This document shows, in pieces, positions 23,370 through 36,300 of a stretch of 64,000 nucleotides of DNA; the stretch's first letter is position 1; every line of letters starts with the position of its first letter. The notes under the pieces were generated by a model. It was not told the origin of the DNA and ran no database searches. It saw only the letters and a program-made list of their open reading frames with translations. The stretch is taken from the NCBI RefSeq assembly GCF_964355755.1, contig NC_092678.1, forward strand, positions 1,194,422 to 1,258,421, given 5' to 3'. A program made the position numbers and the translations under genes. Origin of the DNA: Antedon mediterranea (lineage: Eukaryota; Animalia; Echinodermata).

Positions 23370-25820
23370 TAAGCACCTGTACCGTACTAATAAAGTTGCC
23401 TGTACCCTATAAACCTGTATAAAAGGATGCGTGTGCGAATTATTAATAGGGTCCTGTATGTAATTCAAAGTACCAAAGCTCCTGTACTAACAAAGTTGCC
23501 TGTACTCAATAAGATCCTGCACTAATAAAGTTGCTTGTACCCAATGAAGGTACCTGTGCCAGAGCTCCTGTACTAATACAGTTGGTTGTACCCAATAAAG
23601 GTGCCTGTACCAAAGCTCCTGTACTAATAAAGTTGCTTGTACCCAATGAAGGTACCTGTACCAAAGCTCCTCTACTAATAAAGTTGCGTGTACCAAATGA
23701 AGGTACCTGTACCAATAAAGCTCATGTACTAATAAAGTTGCTTGTACCCAACGAAGGTACTTGTACCAAAGCTCCTGTACTAACAAAGTTGCCTGTACTC
23801 AATTAAGATCATGTACTAATAAAGCTGCTTGTACCCAATGGAGATACCTATACCAGAGCTCATGTACTAATACAGTTGGTTGTACCCAAGAAGGTACCTG
23901 ACCAAAGCTCCTGTACTAATAAAGTTGCGTGTACCCAACGAAGGTACCTGTACCAAAGCTCATGTACTAATAAAGTTGATTGTACCCAATAAAGGTGCCT
24001 GTACCAAAGCTCATATACCAATAAAGTTGAGTGTACCCAATGAGTACCTATACCAATGAAGCCCCTGTAAAAATTCAACTGTATGATCACTACGTGTACG
24101 AATTACGGCTGAAACCTGCAGTACTACTACCACCAATTAAGCTGTACTAAAAACGTTGCTTGTACTCAACGAAGGTACCTGAGACCAAACGTTAATGATA
24201 ATATCGTAATTAGTTGCGTGTACCAATAAAGCTCCTGTACTAATAAAGTTGCCTGAACTCAATTAAGATCCTGTACTAATAAAGTTGCTTGTACCCAATG
24301 GAGATACCTGTACCAGAGCTCCTGTACTAATACAGTTGGTTGTACCCAATAAAGGTGCCTGTACCAAAGCTCCTCTACTAATAAAGTTACCTGAACTCAA
24401 TTAAGATCCTGTACCAAAGATCCTGTACTAATAAAGTTGCGTGTACCCAACGAAGGTACCTGTACCAAAGCTCCTGTACTAACAAAGTTGCCTGTACTCA
24501 ATTAAGATCCTGTACTAATAAAGTTGCTTGTACCCAATGGAGATACCTGTACCAGAGCTCCTGTACTAATACAGTTGGTTGTACCCAACGAAGGTACCTG
24601 TACCAAAGCTCCTGTACTAATAAAGTTGCGTGTACCCAACGAAGGTACCTGTACCAAAGCTCCTGTACTAACAAAGTTGCCTGTACTCAATTAAGATCCT
24701 GTACTAATAAAGTTGCTTGTACCCAATGGAGATACCTGTACCAGAGCTCCTGTACTAATACAGTTGGTTGTACCCAACGAAGGTACCTGTACCAAAGCTC
24801 CTGTACTAATAAAGTTGCGTGTACCCAATGAAGGTACCTGTACCAATAAAGCTCCTGTACTAATAAAGTTGCTTGTACTCAACGAAGATACCTGTACCAA
24901 AGCTCCTGTACTAATAAAGTTGCCTAAACTCAATTAAGCTCCTGTACTAATAAAATTGCTTGTACTCAACGAAGGTACCTGTACCAAAGCTCCTGTACTA
25001 ATAAAGTTGCTTGTACCCAATAAAGGTACCTGTACCAAAGCTCCTGTACTAATAAAGTTGCTTGTACCCAATAAAGGTACCTGTACCAAAGCTCCTGTAC
25101 TATAATAAAGTTGAGTGTACCCAATGAGTACCTATACCAATGAAGCCCCTGTACAAATTCAACTGTATGATCACTACGTGTACGAAATACGGATGAAACC
25201 TGCAGTACTACTACCACCAATTAAGCTGTACTAAAAACGTTGCTTGTACTCAACGAAGGTACCTGACACCAAAAGTTAACATTGTAATTAGTTGCGTGTA
25301 CCAATAAAGCTCCTGTACTAATAAAGTTGCCTGAAATCAATTAAGATCCTGTACTAATAAAGTTGCTTGTACCCAATGAAGGTACCTGTACCAAAGCTCC
25401 TGTACTAATAAAGTTACCTGAACTCAATTAAGATCCTGTACCAAAGATCCTGTACTAATAAAATTGCTTGTACCCAATAGAGATACCTGTACCAGAGCTC
25501 ATGTACTAATACAGTTGGTTGTACATAATGAAGGTGCTTGTACCAAAGCTCCTGTACTAATAAAGTTGCCTGAACTCAATTAAGATCCTGTACTAATAAA
25601 GTTGTTTGTACCCAACGAAGGTACCTGTACCAAAACTCCTGTACTAATAAAGTTACCTGAACTCAATTGAGCTACCCGTACCAATTAAGCTCCTATATCA
25701 AATAAGCTGTAGTAATAAAGCTTGTACTAATAAAGTTGGTTTCACCAAGTTAGCTCCTGTACTAATAAAGACAACGTTTACCAATTAAGCTACCTATATA
25801 CCAATTAAGCTGTACTAATA
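23370..25820. repeat. Compound 51-bp satellite built from CTGTAC subunits
   Basis: Unit GTACCCAACGAAGGTACCTGTACCAAAGCTCCTGTACTAATAAAGTTGCTT plus shorter CTCAATTAAGATCCTGTAC variants; block 24020-24260 recurs at 25105-25340. Confidence 0.92.
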
Positions 25821-27077
25821 CGTGTACGAATTAATAATAGGGCCCTGTCTACATGAAATTCACAAGCGGCTAGCCTCAATGTGACCAACAATAATTATAA
25901 TAATAATAGTTAATTGCCTGTGCAGTACAAATAAAGTGGCTTAGGTGACCCATACCAATTCAGTTCCCTCTACCCTACAATGTAATTAAGTTGCCTGCAC
26001 GAATTTACCGTACCAATAAGTTAACTGTACCAATTAAAAACCATTTGCATTATGGAAATATGAAACTTTAAAAATTGATGACATTTAATTTAAATCTACA
26101 CATCTACTCAAAAAACTTCTTAAATAAAGACAGATTGCTAAAGAAGATGTTAGTCAAATTAAACAATGTTTAATCTCCAAATAAATCCGTATTAAGACCA
26201 ATTTGTTTGACTATACCTATATGTTACCCCAATATTAAGCTATATCAACCACGTGCTTCCTATTATGAGGAGTTTAGGCTAGTTTGACTCAATGCTAGGC
26301 CTAGCCAACTACCGGGCTTTTATTAATAACATCTAAATCTATATTGTTTAAAACTATTGCTTACCTTTAAAACATCATTGTTTCACGTCCTGAGATTTTA
26401 CGCTAGCAAACGTCTTTAAATTTCTGTAGTCGACGACGTGCAGAGCCAATATTATTCCATGTTTGTTGTTATTGTGTGCAGTGATGCATTGATATTTAAA
26501 TGAGCTATTCCCAGACGTGACGAGGTAATCTTGAATATGCATGTGCTGCTGCAGAAAATACTATACTATTACGATCATCATTACCGGTGTAATATTAATG
26601 TGATATCGCTTCAATTCTAGCCTTGTGTCCATTGTCGGCCGGTCGATCGGACTGCTAAAATTACAATTAACTCTTTCAATAATAGAAACTAAACACACAA
26701 ATGCAAAACAAACAATTTTATCATTACAAAATTAACATTCGGTAAAAACAGTAAATTGAGAGGTAAAATAAAAAAGGTCTGTAACTGAATCATTTTCTTA
26801 TCTCCGCAAAACATTATTTTGTTATTTGTAACTTATAAATAACAAAATATGTATTGTTTTTTTCATTTTGTATCAAGAGACAAATAAAAGAAATGATGTT
26901 TTTTGGATTTCATTTCAAGATGCAAGATTCATTTTTTGTACAATATCACTGAAAAACGGATAATATTTAATTTAATTTATACTTAATTCTAACAGTATAT
27001 TCTTTGAAACATTTTAAAAAGATTATTTTACTCAAATTTTTTTTTTTTTACAAACTTGAATTGGTTAAAATAGTTAT

Positions 27078-27324
27078 GATTCAGTATTATGGAAGGCACA
27101 ATTCGTCAAATAAAGTATTGATTCAGTATTATGGAAGGCAAAATTCGTCAAAACAAGGTATTAATTCAGTTTTATGGAAGGCAAAATTCGTAAAATAAAG
27201 TATTGATTCAGTTTTATGGAAGGCAAAATTCGTCAAATAAAGTATTGATTCAGTTTTATGGAAAGCAAAATTCGTCAAATAAAGTATTGATTCAGTATTA
27301 TGGAAGGCAAAATTCGTCAAACAA
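27078..27324. repeat. Six 42-bp units of the 7292-11322 satellite, inverted
   Basis: GATTCAGTATTATGGAAGGCAAAATTCGTCAAATAAAGTATT is the reverse complement of the satellite unit. Confidence 0.92.
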
Positions 27325-29117
27325 AGTTTCAGTGCTTATGTTTATTAGGTACAAATTAACTTAGACTTCCAGTAAGTTGTTATGTGGCTCGGAGAGTCAG
27401 ACGTACGTAGGTTTGCTGTAGTGGTTGGTGGTTCGAGGGCTGTGCTGGTACCTGACGAGATGGACTTGGTGATGATGGAAGCGCGCGATTTTAATCGGAC
27501 AGGCGTCGAAACGTACATGGATTTAAATCACCATGTAAATGGAAAAATATAAACTAAAATTGTGAATAATTTAATATTTTTATCATTTTTAAATATAAAA
27601 TAAATAGTGTTGACTTGTATAAATAAAATATACATTCAGAATTTAATTTTACCGGAATTGATTAGGCGCGGCCTATACACAGAAAGCACGGGAGCGATAT
27701 TTATTTTCACTTAAACGACATAGTGAAAAATTAATTTGTAATAGATTGAATTTAACATAATAATAAAACATCGTAACCAGTGATTTTAAAGTGATCTTTA
27801 AAACTTACTTAATACGAATAGAATTATGTACAAGCGGTTGTCTGTAGCGTTTGATTTAGAGTGATCATAATATCATTACAGAAAGACGGATTAATTTGTA
27901 TTAACTACTAAAATAATATAATGACAATAACGATATTAAATTATAGTTAAACATCGCATCATTTAGACATAAATATACGTTAAATTAGTTACCGTACTTT
28001 AACTACGTCGAAAAAATAATCTGTAAATAAACGTTCAATTAATCATTTTAAATAGAATGAATGCCTCATTGTGAAGTTTCCGAACTTTTAATTTATGATT
28101 ATTTTATCTTGATATTAATTAATTTAACTTAATTGATGTTTACATTTTAAAATAATCAATCAAATAAATTAATTTGAAGAGTGGAAAATAAAGGAAATGA
28201 AAAAAATATAAAAAACACAATTCAATTCTTACAGTATTTATATATATATATAGCATTTAAAACAGATCTTTTCATCTGCTCGTCTTTGGAATAATAATTA
28301 AAGAGCCAACATCAATCGAATTTTTAGTGGTAAAGCAACATCTCCCTCCTTCTTTTTTAATTTGAATACTTGTTTCGGCGAGCTTCAAAGTGCTCTGCTT
28401 TTCTTCCCTTTTTTGTCGTTATTTTGGGATATTTTATGGATCATTTTTGTTTGTGTAAAGTGTAAAGCACTTAGAAACATTGTATTAGGTGTTATATACT
28501 AAAAGGGCTCTTATATTTTAATTTACCGCTCTTTTCAGTTTCTGGAATTACTCTAGTACCTGTAGTAATAAATGTAATGTGATATTACATGGAGGTAAAT
28601 TGAGGTACATACAATAAAACAAACCGGCCTTACAATAATTATGTATGCCTACTTATATCATTTTGTCTGAATGATCAATCAATGTTCAATTCTATAATAA
28701 AAAGGACACTTTTTAAAATTGGTTCTTTATTTACAATATGAAATCATTTGGGTTCCAAACAAATGGACAACTTTTACCAGTCATTCACACTGGATATTTT
28801 ACTAAATAATTGACAAATATGAAATAATGATAATAATATTGTGATTTTACAGCGTTGATTTATAAATCAATTTTTGAGAAAACCTTGCAGTCAACATTGT
28901 AAACAATTAAATCTCAATTATAAATATATGGAATATATTATATATATAATAAATAATTTTAGAATCAATTTTAAATTTAGTAATAAATAAAAACAGCAAA
29001 AGACAAAGTATTCATAATGATATTGTATTTATTCATAATAATATCAATCAACAAGTATAAATATATTTATGTTTCAGTTTTCCTGATCAATAGAGTTATG
29101 ATAGGTATTATAATAGT

Positions 29118-29580
29118 TATTATTATTATTATTATTTATTGCCAAAAACCAGTTACAAACAACAAAAACACAGAAACTAGGGGAGTAGGCAGGAACCTAA
29201 AAGTGAACCTAATCACTATAACAAGAGTTCAGGTTCCGTACTCCCAAAGTAACAACAATGATTATAATAAACTATATAAAAATATTTAAATAACAAATAG
29301 ACGAATCAACAGTGTCAATATAAAATAAACGGATAAAATACATTATAGTCGATTCAACAAAGTCAATATAAAACACGTGATTTAAGTGAATTTAAAAATG
29401 TTGGAAAACTGTCTAAAATTAAAGAATTTTTAATCATTTCCGGTAATTCTTCCCACAACCTAGGGAATATGTTAATAGCGGAATGATGAAGACAATTGGT
29501 TCGAGCATAGTGATGAATGAACTTAAGTGTATCAAGGTGACGGCCATATTATGTTCTCAATATTACAGTGCTGTTAAATA
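29118..29580 (-). mobile_element. LINE 3' fragment (CR1/L2-group)
   Basis: Minus-strand translation YARTNCLHHSAINIFPRLWEELPEMIK..F.TFLNSLK; terminal hairpin GGGAGTA..GGAACCT/AGGTTCC..TACTCCC; (TAA)n tail. Confidence 0.7.
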
Positions 29581-29669
29581 TGAAAAAGATTTAAAGTGAA
29601 ATGATAGTAAAATATTAGCTGGTAACACACAAATTTAAAATGAACAGACATGTAATGGTATGTTCTCCT

Positions 29670-29960
29670 ACTTTACCTGGACTTACTTACATAGGACTTA
29701 CATACTTGACCTACTTACATACCTGGACTTACTTATATGACCTACTTACATACCTGGACATACTTATATGACCAACTTACATACCTGGACTTACTTACAT
29801 AGGACTTGTATACCTGAACTTACTTACATAGAACTTACATACATGATCTACTTACATACATGACCTACTTACATACATGGTCTACCTACCTGGACTGACT
29901 TACTTAAACTTGCATACATAGGACTTATTTCCATATCTGGCCTACTTACATACCTTACCA
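29670..29960. repeat. Degenerate ACTT/ACAT-based ~18-bp minisatellite
   Basis: ACTTACTTACATACCTGG-like units. Confidence 0.85.
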
Positions 29961-30157
29961 ACTAGCTAAGAAAGGGGGTATATAATATGGAGAGAAGGAT
30001 GTAAAATAAAAGAGGGATACCATTACATGAAAGCCAACAACAACAAGATGTAAAAACGAATTAGTGAATTAGAAAAAATGAAGAAAAATTGTTAAGCAAG
30101 TTAGTGTAGTTGTATTGCAAAATTAGAACACAATATATTTGTCATTGTCTCGTATTT

Positions 30158-30363
30158 TGTCCGGTTCTCGTACTTTTACCGGTTCTTGTCGCGTGTTGTC
30201 CGGTTCTTGTCGCGTGTTGTCCGGTTCTTGTCGCGTGTTGTCCGGTTCTTGCCGCGCGTTGTTCGGTTCTTGCCGCGCGTTGTTCGGTTCTTGTTCGTCG
30301 TTGTTCGGTTCTTGTCATGCGTTGTTCGGTTCTTGTTCGTCGTTGTTCGGTTCTTGTCGCGCG
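30158..30363. repeat. 21-bp minisatellite (~10 units)
   Basis: Unit CGGTTCTTGTCGCGTGTTGT(C/T). Confidence 0.9.
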
Positions 30364-31692
30364 TTCCCAATCTATAAAATATTTTAAAATACAGCAGTTA
30401 TATGCCTAATGTCCACATTTCCTTTGTGGTCACAAAAACATTAAAAGCAAAATTGTTTATTACAAAAATGGACTCTACATTATTGGACTTACATTTACGT
30501 GATGTATTTGATACAGTTTTTATACAACGATGGCATACACTACGTTCATTACTCAGTCTAGAAAAAAAAACCAAAAAGAAATTCTGAAAATTACATTTTG
30601 AACATTGCTTAGATTTTTTAATTTAGTAAGAGGTTTCCGTTTAAAATAATATTAGAATGCAGGGATTTGTAATTGTTGGTCTTGGGCACACTTACCAATC
30701 GAAACAAAACAAAGATTATTACAGTCATTTTATATTTTCTTAGTTTGATACCATATTTTGCAGGATATGAAATGTTTAATAAGACATACCTACCTATGAT
30801 ATAATGTATTTACGTGAAAACGTTAAATTCTATTTCTACAAAAAATATCTCCAATCTCTGAAAAAATAAAAATACATTTGATTCTTTTAAACGGTTACCG
30901 ATTATTAAAATAAGGTAACCAATACTAAATGTAAATTTATAATATTTATTGAAAGATAAAAAAAAAATCTCCAAAAGAAAAAAATAGAAAAACTCCAAAA
31001 GTCTGAAAAGATAAAAATACATTTGAATCGAAATGGGTCCAGTTATGTTTCTTTTAAACGGTTACCGTTTATTAAAATAAATAGACCTACAAGTAAGGTA
31101 ACCAATACTATATGAGAATTTATAATTGCATTTTCATAAGTTATTTATTTAAAGGTAAAAAAGAAAATCCCCACAAGAAAATTCCAATCTCTGAAAAGAT
31201 AAAAATACATTTGATTAACCTGAAAAAGAATAAATATTGTTAGTTGCACATTATGATATTAACTGGGTTGGGTTGAAAATTATGAAATAGAATTAATTTT
31301 ATTTGCACCATCATCAAATTGATTTAGGCTACGCAAATGGAAATAAATAATATATAGATGGTACAATCGAAATGGGTCCAGTTATGTTTCTTTTAAACGG
31401 TTACCGTTTATTAAAATAAATAGACCTACAAGTAAGGTAACCAATACTATATGAGAATTTATAATTGCATTTTCATAAGTTATTTATTTAAAGGTAAAAA
31501 AGAAAATCCCCACGAGAAAATTCCAATCTCTGAAAAGATAAAAATACATTTGATTAACCTGAAAAAGAATAAATATTGTTAGTTGCACATTATGATATTA
31601 ACTGGGTTGGGTTGAAAATTATGAAATAGAATTAATTTTATTTGCACCATCATCAAATTGATTTAGGCTACGCAAATGGAAATAAATAATAT

Positions 31693-33340
31693 GTGACCCG
31701 ATCTGGCAAAACCCTACTTTTGTCGGAAATATTCATTTTTTATTTTTTTATATATTTGGATTATTTGAATCATAAGCTTTGTAGTGGTGTTTATTTCATA
31801 AAAATTGAGTAAATATTTAAAAAGTTATTACATTTTAAAAACTTACAAATCATTCAATTAGTTTACGAGAAAATCGCGTTTGAAGTTTGCAATGAAATTC
31901 TTTTTGATACGCGCTGAAAACTCACTCCGTAGCAACGCGGTATTTTGGTCTAAGGCACAATGACGTCATACCAGGAAGTGTGTGCGATATAATAGCAGCG
32001 TGCACATCATAGTCAATTTGACTGATTTCAGACGCCGTTTTAACCTATTTAGTCACTCGAATTAACTATTTTGCACTATTGAAAAGCAGCATTATAACGT
32101 CAAGCTTATTTTAACTGGTTTCGGAGGTGTTTACGATATCAACAGCGAAAAACCAAGCAGGCCTAGGCCTAGCTAGGCCTTTTCAGATTTTCGCCGTCAT
32201 CGCCTGTACTGTATTAAGACCTACTACTGATGGGTGTTTATCAGGCCGTGTATGGCAGCGGTGCATCCACATTGGGGCTGGCGTTAGTAGTAAACTAGCC
32301 TAGACAAGTTTGGCGCCTTGCAGAGTCACAGCTTGCTAACTACTAACATTGTATTGACGATTTAATACATTTATTTTTTTTTATAACGTGGAAGATTCGC
32401 TGTAATGTTTGGACTTGAATCCAATGAGTTTAAAAAACATTTAAGATGAAAGGACTGGACAATAAATTAAATAAATAATTAAGAGCCGATTGGATATATA
32501 AAATGTATAAAGAAAACTATTTATTGACTAGACTAAAGCTAGGCCCAGTAGTAGTAGTAGGCCTACAAAACCATAATAAAATTAAGGCCTAGCCCCAAAA
32601 AATATAGAAAATACAATTGAATTTATGACGTGAATTGTCTATTTTACTATGGTATAAACAAATACAGGCTACAGCTATTGCAGAACACGCCGAACACTTT
32701 ACTTTGAATATTAAAATCGTTTTTATTCCAATTTAGGACATGCTGTGTGTAAAATGAAAATAACCTCACAAAAATGTAAACAACTTTTTATTTCCGCGCG
32801 TAGAGCGTATAACATCTAGCGCGTTGACCAATAACGTTTGTTATTGCGATGATGCACCATAGCAACACACGCAGTTCGCTGTTCCAGAAACTTCGAAGAA
32901 CCGAATTTTCTGAAATTATGTCATAGGAAATCAAAGTTTTCATTGGTTCCTTCTTTAAACTCCGCCCTAATACTTCCATATTTGGAATGTCAAATGGATG
33001 AGCTTTATTTTGATGTGTGACCTTTCAACATTGTGCAGCGAACTGGCGATCAAAATGTCGTCAAACTCGGCAACTTTCAACTGAATTTACGCAAAATTTT
33101 AGCGTAGATCGTGAATAAATTGTTAGGCTTGAGGAAAATACATGTTTTTAAAACTCTCTTTTTTCATAATTTTAATTAAATTTCGGGAGTTTAAATCAGG
33201 TAGACGTATTCTTAAATAGTGAAACATTTCGAAAATGCAAAAACATGAAATCTGCCAGGGTAGTCGATTTGGACTTATTCTGACTGATTACGTGAATTTT
33301 GAATTGCCGACAAAGAGAGGGTTTTGCGAGATCGGGTCAC
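31693..33340. mobile_element. Non-autonomous TIR DNA transposon (1648 bp) inserted in the 339-bp satellite
   Basis: About 38-bp imperfect TIRs GTGACCCGATCT(G/C)GCAAAACCCT...TTTGTCGG; comparison with empty units gives an ATAT TSD (or TA TSD with TGTG..CACA ends); no transposase ORF. Confidence 0.9.
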
Positions 33341-36300
33341 ATATATAGATGGTACAATCGAAATGGGTCCAGTTATGTTTCTTTTAAACGGTTACCGTTT
33401 ATTAAAATAAATAGACCTACAAGTAAGGTAACCAATACTATATGAGAATTTATAATTGCATTTTCATAAGTTATTTATTTAAAGGTAAAAAAGAAAATCC
33501 CCACAAGAAAATTCCAATCTCTGAAAAGATAAAAATACATTTGATTAACCTGAAAAAGAATAAATATTGTTAGTTGCACATTATGATATTAACTGGGTTG
33601 GGTTGAAAATTATGAAATAGAATTAATTTTATTTGCACCATCATCAAATTGATTTAGGCTACGCAAATGGAAAATAAATAATATATAGATGGTACAATCG
33701 AAATGGGTCCAGTTATGTTTCTTTTAAACGGTTACCGTTTATTAAAATAAATAGACCTACAAGTAAGGTAACCAATACTATATGAGAATTTATAATTGCA
33801 TTTTCACAAGTTATTTATTTAAAGGTAAAAAAGAAAATCCCCACAAGAAAATTCCAATCTCTGAAAAGATAAAAATACATTTGATTAACCTGAAAAAGAA
33901 TAAATATTGTTAGTTGCACATTATGATATTAACTGGGTTGGGTTGAAAATTATGAAATAGAATTAATTTTATTTGCACCATCATCAAATTGATTTAGGCT
34001 ACGCAAATGGAAATAAATAATATATAGATGGTACAATCGAAATGGGTCCAGTTATGTTTCTTTTAAACGGTTACCGATTATTAAAATAAATAGACCTACA
34101 AGGAAGGTAACCAATACTATATGAGAATTTATAATTGCATTTTCATAAGTTATTTATTTAAAGGTAAAAAAGAAAATCCCCACAAGAAAATTCCAATCTC
34201 TGAAAAGATAAAAATACATTTGATTAACCTGAAAAAGAATAAATATTGTTAGTTGCGCATTATGATATTAACTGGGTTGGGTTGAAAATTATGAAATAGA
34301 ATTAATTTTATTTGCACCATCATCAAATTGATTTAGGCTACGCAAATGGAAAATAAATAATATATAGATGGTACAATCGAAATGGGTCCAGTTATGTTTC
34401 TTTTAAACGGTTACCGTTTATTAAAATAAATAGACCTACAAGTAAGGTAACCAATACTATATGAGAATTTATAATTGCATTTTCATAAGTTATTTATTTA
34501 AAGGTAAAAAAGAAAATCCCCACAAGAAAATTCCAATCTCTGAAAAGATAAAAATACATTTGATTAACCTGAAAAAGAATAAATATTGTTAGTTGCACAT
34601 TATGATATTAACTGGGTTGGGTTGAAAATTATGAAATAGAATTAATTTTATTTGCACCATCATCAAATTGATTTAGGCTACGCAAATGGAAATAAATAAT
34701 ATATAGATGGTACAATCGAAATGGGTCCAGTTATGTTTCTTTTAAACGGTTACCGTTTATTAAAATAAATAGACCTACAAGTAAGGTAACCAATACTATA
34801 TGAGAATTTATAATTGCATTTTCATAAGTTATTTATTTAAAGGTAAAAAAGAAAATCCCCACAAGAAAATTCCAATCTCTGAAAAGATAAAAATACATTT
34901 GATTAACCTGAAAAAGAATAAATATTGTTAGTTGCACATTATGATATTAACTGGGTTGGGTTGAAAATTATGAAATAGAATTAATTTTATTTGCACCATC
35001 ATCAAATTGATTTAGGCTACGCAAATGGAAATAAATAATATATAGATGGTACAATCGAAATGGGTCCAGTTATGTTTCTTTTAAACGGTTACCGTTTATT
35101 AAAATAAATAGACCTACAAGTAAGGTAACCAATACTATATGAGAATTTATAATTGCATTTTCATAAGTTATTTATTTAAAGGTAAAAAAGAAAATCCCCA
35201 CGAGAAAATTCCAATCTCTGAAAAGATAAAAATACATTTGATTAACCTGAAAAAGAATAAATATTGTTAGTTGCACATTATGATATTAACTGGGTTGGGT
35301 TGAAAATTATGAAATAGAATTAATTTTATTTGCACCATCATCAAATTGATTTAGGCTACGCAAATGGAAATAAATAATATATAGATGGTACAATCGAAAT
35401 GGGTCCAGTTATGTTTCTTTTAAACGGTTACCGTTTATTAAAATAAATAGACCTACAAGTAAGGTAACCAATACTATATGAGAATTTATAATTGCATTTT
35501 CATAAGTTATTTATTTAAAGGTAAAAAAGAAAATCCCCACGATAAAATTCCAATCTCTGAAAAGATAAAAATACATTTGATTAACCTGAAAAAGAATAAA
35601 TATTGTTAGTTGCACATTATGATATTAACTGGGTTGGGTTGAAAATTATGAAATAGAATTAATTTTATTTGCACCATCATCAAATTGATTTAGGCTACGC
35701 AAATGGAAATAAATAATATATAGATGGTACAATCGAAATGGGTCCAGTTATGTTTCTTTTAAACGGTTACCGTTTATTAAAATAAATAGACCTACAAGTA
35801 AGGTAACCAATACTATATGAGAATTTATAATTGCATTTTCATAAGTTATTTATTTAAAGGTAAAAAAGAAAATCCCCACAAGAAAATTCCAATCTCTGAA
35901 AAGATAAAAATACATTTGATTAACCTGAAAAAGAATAAATATTGTTAGTTGCACATTATGATATTAACTGGGTTGGGTTGAAAATTATGAAATAGAATTA
36001 ATTTTATTTGCACCATCATCAAATTGATTTAGGCTACGCAAATGGAAATAAATAATATATAGATGGTACAATCGAAATGGGTCCAGTTATGTTTCTTTTA
36101 AACGGTTACCGATTATTAAAATACCTACAAGGAAGGTAACCAATACTATATGAGAATTTATAATTGCGTGTTTATAAGTTATTTATTGACATCTATAAAA
36201 AGAAAATCTCAAAAACAAAAATAGAAAAACTCCAATCTCTGAAAGAATAAAAACACATTTGATTAACCTGAAAAAAAAATGTTGTTAGTTGGGTCCAGTT

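Noticed and set aside
23487-25220. 17-aa repeat ORFs (LVPNEGTCTKAPVLIK)
   Set aside because: Artefact of the 51-bp satellite, with frequent indels and stops.
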